A stretch of DNA of 64,000 nucleotides, taken from contig NC_057753.1 in NCBI RefSeq assembly GCF_004010195.1, positions 4,081,656 to 4,145,655 on the forward strand, read 5' to 3'. The position numbers and the translations under genes were made by a program. A model generated the notes under the pieces. That model saw only the letters and a program-made list of their open reading frames with translations. It had not been told where the DNA came from and searched no databases. Shown here piece after piece: positions 13,513 to 24,135 of this stretch. Position 1 is the stretch's first letter. Each line of letters starts with the position of its first letter. Source of the DNA: Chiloscyllium plagiosum. Lineage: Eukaryota.

Positions 13513-14594
13513 TTATCCTTTGTCCTTGCTAACCACTGGCGAGTGGCTAATGGCCGCTACTCAAGAAGGGAAAAGGGATAATCCAGGAAACTAAAGACCC
13601 CTCGGTCTCACATCGGTGGTTGAAAGCCTACAGTAAGGAATTCTTAGGGCGAAGATTTACACACACTTGGTAAAGCATGACCTATTCAAGGACAGTCAGC
13701 ATAGCTTTTGAGTGGAGCAGGTCATGACTTACTAACTTCATTGAATTTGGTGAAGATGAATTTAATCCAAATAAGTATGAGGTCCTGCACTTTGGAATAA
13801 CAAATGTTAAGAAAATGTACACTGTTAATGGCAGAACCTGAACAGCATTGACATACAGAGTGATCTTGGGTCCAAGTCCTTTGCTCCCAAAAGTGGCCAC
13901 ACGCATCGATAGTGTGGGAAAGAATGCATCCGACATGTTTGCTTTTATTGGTTGGGGAACTGATTCCAAGCATGAACATATCATGTTGCAGCTTTTTTAG
14001 ACTTTGGTTAGGTCATGCTTAGAATATTGCATTCAATTCTGGTAGGCACATTTCAGGAAGGATGAGGAAGCTTTGGAGAGGGTGTGGAAGAGTGTTACCA
14101 GGATGCTGCCTAGATTACAGGGTATGACTATGCGAAGATGGAGGAATATGGACCAAGGGAAGGCATAACAGATTATTTCAATTTCTCATCATGTTGGGCA
14201 CTACATCCTGGGCAAAAGGGCCCGTTCCTGTGCTGTAGAGTTCAATGTTCTATGTTTTATGTTCAGTTTATTGGAAAGATGCAAGAGTGCTATCTGTTTT
14301 ATTCCGGAAGTTTATTCAATCTGGGTCACGCTTCATCAATTTAATTGGGAAATAATTTCATAACACGAAGCAATTGCAATGTCCAGTGTCATGAACCGTT
14401 TCTTTATATCACATTGAGCGAACTAAGTTCATCAGAATGCTGTCCCTTGTTATGTCAAGGCTACAAGGAACAGATTCATTATTCACTTGACACCTTTGGT
14501 TGAAGATGGATGCAAATATTTCAGTCCATTCTTTTGCAATGGTGACCACTGAGATTGGGGATATTGTTGCGGTGTTCCTCGACTAGATATTCGA

Positions 14595-15570
14595 TTGGAG
14601 AGTATGGTGCTGGAAAAGCACAGCAGGTCTGGCGGCATTTGAGGAGCAGAAAAATCGACTTTTCGGGCATAAGCCCTTCATCAGGAATGAGGCTGTGAGC
14701 CAAAACGTTGGAGAGAATAAATGGGAGGGGGCGGGGATGAGGAGAAGATAGCTGAGAGTGCGATAAGTAGATGGAGGTGGGGGTGATGGTGATATGTCAG
14801 AGACGAGGATGGAGGGGATAGGTGGGAAGGAAGATGGACAGATATGTCAGGTCATGAGGGTGGTGCTAAATTGAAAGGTTTGAACTGGGATGAGGTTGGA
14901 GGAGGGGAAAAGAGGAAACTGGTGAAACTCACATCAATTTCATAGGGTTGGAGGGTTCTGAAGCAGATGATGAGGAATTCCTCCATCAGGCGTCGGGTGG
15001 TAAGGGTGTGGTGATGGAAGAGGCTCAGGACCTTATGTACTTGGTTGAGTGGGAGGGGCAAATGAAGTGTTTGGCCACGGGGCGGTGAGTTTGGTCGGTC
15101 TAGAGATGTTCACTGAAGCGCTCTCCGAGTAGGCATCCTCTCTCCCCAATAAATTCTGATGGATATGGAAGACTGCTTTAGGGCCTTTGACAGCTGTGAG
15201 GGGGAGGTGAGGCGCAGGTTTTGCAATTCCTGCGGTGGCAGGGGAAGGTGTCTGGGCCCGGAGGACTCAACATTGTGTTCTCCAATTTCAAATAACCTTC
15301 CTGCCCATCCCTCAACTCCCTCTCCAGCCCCTCCCCCTCCCTTCCACTTCTCCCTGTCACCAAACGACGAACCAAATTGTACCCTCTACCTGTCTTCACC
15401 TATTCCCACCTCGCCATTCTGCCCTCACCACCCCTTTATCTGCAGCATCCCCCAGATCCACCAGCAAGTCCTGAAGAAGGGTTAGACATAAAAAGTCACC
15501 TTGTCCACCCCGTGGTACTCCCTGACTTACTGTGTTTTTTCCCCGACCTGCCTGTCTACTTTGGCTTAGT
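14595..15570 (-). mobile_element. Penelope-like element fragments (terminal repeat, GIY-YIG remnants, inverted piece)
   Basis: DTFPCHRRNCKTCA and TTRRLMEEFLI peptides; same terminal repeat as 44098-44850. Confidence 0.8.
14654..14688 (-). ncRNA. Minimal type I hammerhead ribozyme-like motif in Penelope terminal repeat
   Basis: attc-CTGATGA-A-GGGCttatGCCC-GAAA-ag-TC-gatt: both core boxes, 4-bp helix II and UH site present; helix III vestigial. Confidence 0.6.
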
Positions 15571-16509
15571 ACACTGAGTGGTCGAAAAGAAGTGTTGTTT
15601 CTGTCCTACCAGTGCATTGTATTAATTCAATGATGATTATTCAATCCCATATTCTCCATAATGGTAGCCCCTCTACTCTTCGAACTAATCATTCCCCAAT
15701 TTAAATCAATAAGGGAAGTCACATTCTGCTGTCTGCATTCTGTATTACAATGAACTTCATGTCTTCAGCGACTGCAACTCCAGTATTGACATCGAGCAAT
15801 AAATGCAGGTAGTTCTCCTATAATGCCGTGGTTGTATTCCACTGATTCCTCATTTAATAGATAACTACTTAATAGAGATAACAGGGCCAATGGGAAAAAT
15901 GAAATTGGGGCAGACCAGCAAAGAATAACATTCACCATCCCTCAAAAATCACTCAAGGCACTAACACAGGGTAATGACAAAGCCTGAATGTAAGTTTCAA
16001 TCATATTTATCCATGAAACAAAAGTAACTTTAACACAACACATTGAAAGATATTGTTAATACAGGGACAAAGGGACTTCATCATCACCACCACCTTCAGG
16101 TGCAGTTGTGGTTGCAGAGGTGGATGGCTGTGGTTGATTGTCTTCTGACTGTTTCTTCAGGGTTGGTTTAGATTGTGTGATGTGGAGGTACAAGAACAAA
16201 TTAAAATGGCAAATGGTATCTATTCGAATAATGCAGTCATGCAGAAATTATAACAAGAATATTTTGGTCTCAGAGTGAGAACATATATTAGTTTGATTTT
16301 TGAGATGGAGCAGCTCACTGTATAATACTGTACCACTCACATGCATGACTGCAGCTGACATCAGCTAATCCTTCAGTGACATTATAGTCAAATCGTGCTG
16401 CCGAAACATGCGTTATATGACAGCTGCCTATACTTCAGTAGTAGTAAAAGGAAGAGGAGGAGGATAAAAGAGGGGTAGGGGTGGGGAGAGAAGGAGTAGT
16501 AGTAGAGTC

Positions 16510-16640
16510 ACTTCATCTGTCTAAGGATCAGCACTCTGACAGCTCATGTATTCAAATAAACCTGCTGAACTATAACCTGGTGCTGTGTGACTTCCGATTT
16601 TGTCCACCCCAGTCCAACACCGACACTTGCACATAATAAT
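16510..16640 (+). mobile_element. Third short repeat family (Penelope terminal-repeat-like); other copies at 21843-21987 and palindromic at 24832-24990
   Basis: Shared aataaacctg-tg-actataacctgg...caccccagtccaacacc motif in three places. Confidence 0.6.
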
Positions 16641-16654
16641 CATAAACGCCACAA

Positions 16655-17616
16655 TGATCTGTTTTGGGAGCACTGCTGTTTGTCATTTTTATAAATGACT
16701 TAGACGTAGGTATAAGTAGATGGATTAGTAAATTTGCAGATGACACTAAAGTCGGTGAAGTAGTGGAATGTTTGGAAGAATGTTACAGGTTGCGGGGGGA
16801 TTTGGATAAACTGCAGAATTGGGCTGAGAGGTGGCAAATGGAGTTCAATTCAGGTAAATGTGAGGTGATGCACTCTGGGAAGAATGACAGGAAGGCAGAT
16901 TACTGGGTCAATGGAACGATTCTTGATAGTGTCGATGTACAGAGGGATCTTGTAGGCCATGTCTCTAGATCTCTGAAATTTGCCACCCAGGTTGATAGTG
17001 CTGTTAAGAAGGCATCCGGTGTGTTAGGTTTTATTGGTAGAGGGATTGAGTTCCAGCGCTGCAACTATACAAAACGCTAGTGTGGCCACACTTGGAATAT
17101 TGTGAACAGTTCTGGTCGCCATATTTCGGGAAGGATGTGGAAGCATTGGAAAAGGTGCAGAGGAGGTTTACCAGGATGTTGACTGGTCTGGAGGGAAGGT
17201 CTTATGAGGAAAGGCTGAGAGACTTGGGTCAGTTCTCATTGGAAAGAAGAAGCTAAAAGGGGATTTGATAGAGACATACAAAATGATCAGAGGATTACAT
17301 AAGGTAGACAGTGGAAGTCTTTTTCCTGGGATGATGACGTTAGCTCGTATGAGGGGGCATAACTACAAATTGAGAGGTGATAGATTTAATACAGATATCA
17401 GAGGCAGGTTCTTTACTCAGAGGATGGTAAGGATGTGGAATGCCATACCTGCCAATGTAGTTAACTCAGTCGCATTAGGAAGATTTAAACAGTCCTTAGA
17501 TAAGCACACGGGTGATGATGGGACAGTGTAGGGGGACGAGCTGAGAATAGTTCACAGGTCAGTGAAACATCGAGGGCCGAAGGGTCTGTTTTGCACCGTA
17601 TTGTTCTATGTTCTAT
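16655..17616 (+). mobile_element. CR1 RT C-terminal half + 3' tail
   Basis: LLFVIFINDLD...ISKFADDTKV, WQMEFN, FFTQRMVRMWN; tail ttctatgttctat. Confidence 0.9.
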
Positions 17617-18680
17617 AAGAACTTACACATTTAATGGTAGGGGCATGGTAGTGACGAATAGAGACTTAGGTGTTCACATAGTGGGCGGCACGGTGGCACA
17701 GTGGTTAGCACTGCTGCCTCACAGCGCCAGAGACCCGAAGGGGTAAATGTAGGGGTATGGGTGGGTTACGCTTCAGCGGGTCGGTGTGGACTTGTTGGGC
17801 CGAAGGGCCTGTTTCCACACTGTAAGTAATCTAATCTAATCTAATCTAATCTAATCTAATATATTTCTCTCAAAGCTGCATGACAGGTAGTTAAGAAGGC
17901 GTTTAGCATGCTTGTCTTCATTGCTTAGGCCATTGAGTTTAGGATTTAGTTCGACATGTTGAGGTTGTGCATGACGTTGGTAAGACCACTTTTTAAGTAT
18001 TGCGTACAGTTGTGTTTGCTCTGCTGTAGGAAGGATAATATTAATTGGAGAGGGTTCAGAAGAGAGTATCAAAATGTTGCCGTGACTGCGGAGGATTTGA
18101 GCCAAAGGATAAACTGGTAGGTCAGGACTTTTTTCAGTCGAGTGTAGGAGATTGAGAGGTGAGGTGATAGAGGTATATAAAATCATGTGAGGCATAAATA
18201 ATGTGAACAGCAAAGTTGTTTTCACTAGGGTGGGGATTGAGTACGTGGTGAAGGCTGGTACAATTGCAACATTTAGAATGTATTTGGATGGGTGTATGAA
18301 TAGGAAGCGTTTACAGAAATATGGGCTGAATGCTGGCAAATGGGACTTTAATATGTTGAGATATCTGCCTGGCATGGACGCTTTGGACTGAAGGGTCTGT
18401 TTCTGTGCTGTACATCTCTATGACTCTATGACTCCAGCGGGCATATTATTAAGGGGAGGGGCAGATTTAAATGGGACATAAGGGGATTTGCTTTCATACA
18501 AAGGGTGGTTAGTATGTGGAATGAACCGCTTGAGGAAATGGTAAATGCGGGTATGGTTATACCATTTTAAAGATATTTGGATCTGGACATGAATCGGAAA
18601 GTTTAAGAGGGATATGACGACATGCAGGTGAGTGGGCTTAGTTTAATTTGGGAATTGTTTTCGGTGTGGATGAGTTGAAC
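17617..18680 (+). mobile_element. Further CR1 3' fragments
   Basis: Degenerate C-terminal coding; tail ctctatgactctatgactc at about 18415-18435, then another 3' piece. Confidence 0.75.
17682..17860 (+). mobile_element. Internally deleted HE1/V-SINE with (CTAAT)n tail
   Basis: GGGCGGCACGGTGGCACAGTGGTTAGCACTGCTGCC head joined directly to the 3' part; (ctaat) tandem tail. Confidence 0.85.
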
Positions 18681-18856
18681 CATGCAGCAGGTTTATATGC
18701 ATTCATATGCCTACCCTGTAGCATTGAGCGACTAGAGCACTTGTACACTAAGGACTCTCTGATCTTCAGTAATGTTCAGAGTTCTTTCATTTATCATGCT
18801 TTTCCTTGTTTTTTATTTTCATCTGCCCATGTACATCAATTTACTTCCAATTTGAA

Positions 18857-18862
18857 TTTATT
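18857..18862 (-). terminator. Candidate polyadenylation signal AATAAA for gene A
   Basis: About 120 nt downstream of the stop; second candidate at 18812-18817. Motif only. Confidence 0.3.
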
Positions 18863-18983
18863 TGCCACTGACCAGAAAATCTGAGCAGCCTTTCTATGTC
18901 GTCCTGGCATTTCCCTCTTTAACATATAAAGCAAGTATACAGGTTGCAAAACGATTTACAGTTCTGGTTGGCTGTTATCGTTT

Positions 18984-19894
18984 TCATTTTTTAAACATTT
19001 CAGCAAATAAGTTCAATGGATATGTCACACCTTTTTTTATCTCATCTCTGATTTTACTCTGGGTCCCAGCATAAATAAACGGATTGATGCAGGAACTCAA
19101 TAACTGAAGCATGTATCCACTTTGTTGGACAATAAATATGGACTTACTGGCATCAGAAACAGAGGAAAACGGAATATTCGCAATTCGCACATAAATGATT
19201 GTGACAAAGTACAACAAATACAAAAGGATGAAGCTTCCCGAGATGCCAAAGAGTAAAACAATCGACTTTCTTCGCTTCTCCATCTCTGGATCACTCACAT
19301 TCTCTCCATTACTATGCATCCGGAGTCTCGTGCGGGCTCTATTGGCTGCAACAATATGTCTGACAGTCAAAGCATTAAGCAGTATAATCAGAATGAATGG
19401 AAGACACGGAGTTACAATGGAACGAATCCAGTCATAGGCAGCCCATTCTGGTGTTGTATAATATTCTATTTTATGAGAACAGAACCGGGGTGTATTATCG
19501 ATTATGTATACAGGTTCATATGCAAAATATGTGGAGATGTTTTTTAGGCAGGACAGTGCTGACACAATTCCGATCACCCACGATGCCACCTTCTCAGTGC
19601 AATATTTTAATTTCAACTTTTGGCAACAAATGGCCACAAATCGATCAAAAGTAAACGCGACTGTTAACCAGACAGAACTGTCAATGACTGCAAAATTTAT
19701 AGAATTGCGAACACTGCATACTGGTGTGAGAGATAGGAAACTCAATCGAAAATAAATGCCAGCAATCCGGTTTAATATCACGACTGTGACCATGACCAGG
19801 AGATCTGCCATTGCCATTGACACAAGGTAATATGTGATACATCTAGAGAGTCCACATTTTCTTCGGGATAGAATCACAATCACTGCCAGGTTAG
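18984..19894 (-). CDS. Orphan class A GPCR gene A, coding exon 2 (rest of TM1 to C-terminus; full protein 326 aa)
   Basis: Acceptor tttctctttattgcag|CTAAC (AG at 19896-19895). Open frame to stop at 18984; 70+911=981 nt, in frame. Motifs: MAMADLLV (TM2), TFDRFVAIC (DRY-like), TM3 and ECL2 Cys, NPFIY (NPxxY). Confidence 0.93.
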
Positions 19895-21036
19895 CTGCAA
19901 TAAAGAGAAAGATATTTATGAAGTTATTGTCATCGATCTCCTCAGAACAGTGAAAGGACTTTCAGCCCATTGAGTCTGCATTGCTAAACAAAACTTAATT
20001 ATTCAAATGTCATTTTCCAACACTTGATTCTTAGCTCGTAAGTGCACATCGTTTTTTTAATAAAAAATGTTAGGAGGCTGCCGCCCTTATAGGCAATGGA
20101 TTTTACATTCCTACCACCATGCTCGCCACTTTATCTGCCTGCCTTGTTGCATTAAGAGACAAGAGCACTTGTACCCTAAGGAGTCTCTGATATTCAGTAA
20201 TTCCCAGGGTTCTACCATTTATCATGCTTTCTCTTGTCTTGTATTTTCGTCTGCTCAAGTACATCAAATGACATGCGATTTTAATGTATTTACCACTGAC
20301 CAGAATATCTGACCTGTCTTTCTATGTTGTCCTATAATCATTTGGCATCTTCCTCACTATTTATGACACCATCAATTTTTGTATCATTGGTCAACTTGGT
20401 GACCGACAGTCCAAATTTCAGGTCTAAATCGTTTCCGGGTACCACAAACAGCAATCCCCCCCCCCCCCCACACACACACAGATGGTCAAGTAGCTCCACT
20501 GGACACAAGTTGCCAATCACAAACACAACCATCGAACACCATCCTTGGTTTCTTCCTTCTTAAGCCAATTTTGGATTCAATATCTAAACGTTTCATGGAT
20601 CCCTTGGGCTCTTGACTTTGCTTTCAGTCTACCATGTGGAATTTTATCAAGCGTCTTGCTTAAGTCCAGGGAGACTACAACGAATATGTGACCTTATCGA
20701 CACAACTGGTTGTCTCTTCACAAAAGTCAATCAAATTGATCAGACATGATCTCACTCAAAGAAAACCATGTTTGCTGTTCTTGATAAATCCACATCTTCC
20801 CAAGTACAGAGCAGGTATATCCCTCAGAATTGCTACTGATATTTCCACCGCACTGAGGGTAGACTGTTTGGCTTTCAGTTTTCTTGTTCGTACATTGCTC
20901 CTTTCTTGACTAATAATACGGCATTGGCTCTTATCCTGTCTTCTGACGGCTCTACTGTAGCCAGAGAAGACTTGCAAATTATGGCTAACGCCCCTATTTC
21001 TTCCTTTGGCGGATTCAATAGTCTGGATATATTTTA

Positions 21037-21178
21037 GGTGAACGTGAGGACTGCAGATGCTGGAGATCAGTGTCAAAAAGTGTGGCGCTGATGAAGGGCT
21101 TCTGCCAGAAACGTGGACTCTTGTGCTCCTGGAATGCAGCCTGACCTGCTGTACTTTTCAAGCGGCACACATTTGGAC
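21037..21178. mobile_element. Short Penelope-derived insert with hammerhead-like remnant
   Basis: CTGATGAAGGGCTTCTGCCAGAAAC at 21088; 15-bp TSD tctggata(t/c)atttta at 21022-21036 and 21179-21193. Confidence 0.75.
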
Positions 21179-21255
21179 TCTGGATACATTTTATCCCGCT
21201 CAGAAGAATTATCTCCTTTTAAGCTCACTGCTTATTTCTATACCCACATTGTCCC

Positions 21256-21513
21256 TTTAATTTGTGAACACTGACACAAAGTATGGATTTAGAACTCTCC
21301 CTGTGGCTTCCAGCTCCGTACAAAAAATTACAATTGTCTTCCATCGTGGGACATGTTCTTTCCCTCGTTATCATCTCATCTTTTATTTAATTTGTGAACA
21401 CTGACACAAAGTATGGATTTAGAACTCTCCCTATGGCTTCCAGCTCCGTACAAAAAATTACAATTGTCTTCCATAGTGGGACATGTTCTTTCCCTCGTTA
21501 TCATCTCATCTTT
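21256..21513. repeat. Tandem duplication, period 130 bp
   Basis: 21256-21383 and 21386-21513 match with 2 substitutions. Confidence 0.95.
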
Positions 21514-23365
21514 ATGTACGTGCATAATGACTAGACATTTTATTTTATTTGCCAATATTTTTTCATGCCCTCCTTTCTGTCTTTATTATTTTGTTATCAC
21601 CTTGCACAGTCTATACTCCTCTAGAATTTACGCTGTTTTGAGCTTCGACATCTCCCATAGCTTGCTTTTTCTTTCTCTTCATTCAATTCTGTGCATTGTT
21701 TGGTGTTGTGTTCCCACAATTTGCTGGACCAAACTCTCCTTTGATTTGAGCATGTTGGCCCTCTGCTCTCTGAATTCTTCCTGAAAGCGTCTCACAGATT
21801 CATATAAAATTATCTGTTCAAAGTTCACTCTTGCCGAACCATGAGCGTCCTGAGCGCTGCTCCTCCGTCAGGTGAAGCCGAAGGAGCAACGCCCCCAAAG
21901 CTTCTGATTTAGAATAAACCTGATGAACTATAACTTGGAATCGTGTGGACATGTCCACCCGAGTCAAACACCGGCACCTCCACATCATTGCTGAATCTTG
22001 ACTTATCTTGTTAAAATTAGCCTTCCTTCTTGTTTAGAAATTTGACGTCAGGTTCATTCCTACCTTTTTTCCATAATGATCTTGAATCTAACGGAGTTGT
22101 GATCAGTATTTGCAGAATGTGCATCCAAACGTTCCATGGCCAAAGAATTATGTCCACTGCAATCCCCACGAAGGTCTTTCTATGACTTGAGAATCAGCCC
22201 TACATGCTTTTAAAGTATTCCATTCCCTTGATAACCTTTTACCATATAATGACTCTAATTAACGCTGTGAAAGTTGAAATGTTCTACTATCACTACCTGT
22301 TACCTTTACAGTTCTCTTCCATCTTATTTGCTGTGCATTTCTCCCGAACTGTCAGGGGGTCCATGGTTCAACCCCAACAATGTGACTGCCTCATTTCGGT
22401 TTCTAAGTTCTGCACATGTGTCTTCACTTGAGAAGCCTCCTAAAATTTCAATCCTCCGAACTGCTCTAATTGGTTCTCTGATCAATATTGTGACGTTCAC
22501 TTGACATTTCCACCAGACCCTGTTTCGCCTGAAGACCCTGCATCCGGAAAGCTTTCAATACTGACCCTCTTTCAATCATGTTTCAGTGAATGCAATTGCA
22601 TCATGCCCCGAATTTAAATGTGCGCCTTCAAATAATCTGCCACGCTCGTGAGACTCCTTGCATAAAAATAATACAATGCCATCTGACGCCTAATTACTAT
22701 TTTTTTTACTCCCTTGTTGCATCTTCAAAGTTTATTTGTTCACCAGTCGTTTCTGAACGTGCTGTCTGGATTGCAAAGCTATACCAAGTTTAAACCTTCC
22801 CGAACAGCACATGCAAACATCCTTACAAGGATGTGGGTACTTTTTCAGGTTAGGTGCAATACACCCACCAACTACAGGTCTCCACGCCACCCACTCCTGG
22901 CACCCAAAGCAATCTAAGATCCTAAAAATATTAATCACGCATTTCTACATCAGCACTCCAGCTAAGCATTCATCTGGGATAAACCCTTTCTTTCTATACT
23001 CACGGGGTAATTCAGAGATTACTATTTTAAAAGTCTTTTTCTTTAATCTACTTCCTTGCTCCCTAAATTCTACATGCAAGACATCATCGCTTTTGCTTAG
23101 CTATGTCGTTGGTACCAATAGGACCACGATCACTGTCTGATTTACCTTCCACTACAGAATGCTCTGCAGCTTTCCAGTGATATCCACGACTCTATCACCG
23201 GGAAGGTAATCTCCGTCCTTAATCTCTATCTGTTTCCCTCAAAACTGTAGACTCTAGATGACTCTGTCCTCCTCTTCTTCCTGTCTTGTGCAGTAGACCA
23301 TGGTGCCATGAAGTTGACTCCAATGCTTTCCCCTGTACATTCATCTCCCCCAACAATGTCCAAAT

Positions 23366-24135
23366 CTATTAGAATGGGAGATAGAACACAGAACATGGAA
23401 CAATACAGAGCAAAACAGGCCCTTCGGCCCTCGAATTTGCGCCGACTTGTGAACGGATCTAAGCCGATCCCCCTACACAATCCCATCATCAGCCATATAC
23501 TTATCCAAGGACTGTTTAAATGCCCTTAATGTGGCCGAGTTATCTACATTGGCAAGCAGGGCATTCCAAGCCTTTACCACTCTCTGAGTAAAGAACCTGC
23601 CTCTGGCAAGTGTCTTAAAAATTTCACCCCTTAATTTGCTGCTATGGCCCTCGTACAAGCCAACGTCATCATCCTAGGAAAAAGGCTCTCACTACCCACC
23701 CTATCTAATCCTCTGATCAACTTGTATGTCTCTATTAAATCCCCTCTTAGCTTTCTTCTCTCCATTGAGAACAGATCCAGGTCCCTCAGCCATTCCTCAT
23801 AAGACCTTGCCTCTAGACTAGGCAGCATCCTGGTAAATCTCCTCTGCATCTTTTCCAATGCTTCCACATCATTCCTGTAATTGGACGACCAGAACTGTAC
23901 ACAATATCCCACGTGAGGCTGCAATAGCGTTTTGTACAGTTGCAGCATGACATCACGTCTCTGGAACTCAGTCCCTCTACCCAGAAAACCTAACCCACTG
24001 TATGCCTTCTTCACAGCACTATGAACCTGGGTGACAACTTTCAGGGATGTATATACATGGACATCAAGATCCCTCTGCACATCGACACTACCAAGAATCT
24101 TTCCATTGATCCAATATTCTGCTTTCCTGTTATTC
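23366..24135 (-). mobile_element. CR1 3' fragment (same subfamily as 16655-17616)
   Basis: ORF 23631..24191 VQRDLDVHV...LYKTLLQPHVGYCVQFWS...RKLRGDLIETYK. Confidence 0.9.

Larger units (their letters stand above)
7530..14255 (+). mobile_element. Outer degenerate near-full-length CR1 (ORF1 zinc finger + SGNH esterase, ORF2 EN/RT), hosting nested insertions
   Basis: ORF1 motifs YVCRKC, MVCCIPGSRVQDISE, VVMHIGTNDIG; EN motif IVGDFN at about 9290; resumes at 12421 (EGFL...VDSPTRGGAILDL); tail at about 14220-14255. Confidence 0.8.
20115..23350 (-). mobile_element. Old degenerate CR1 in gene A intron
   Basis: VTKLTNDTKIDGVINSEED (FADD region), GFIKNSKHGF; remnant ORF1-like sequence near 23100. 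Confidence 0.6.

Noticed and set aside
1800..16600. A third receptor copy or exon in the first 17 kb
   Set aside because: I found no match to exon 1 (ttacctggaac...tggcaaacac) or exon 2 motifs by eye; a highly decayed pseudo-exon cannot be excluded without tBLASTn.
17682..17740. tRNA gene
   Set aside because: tRNA-derived SINE head; no complete cloverleaf, and continues into SINE body and tail.
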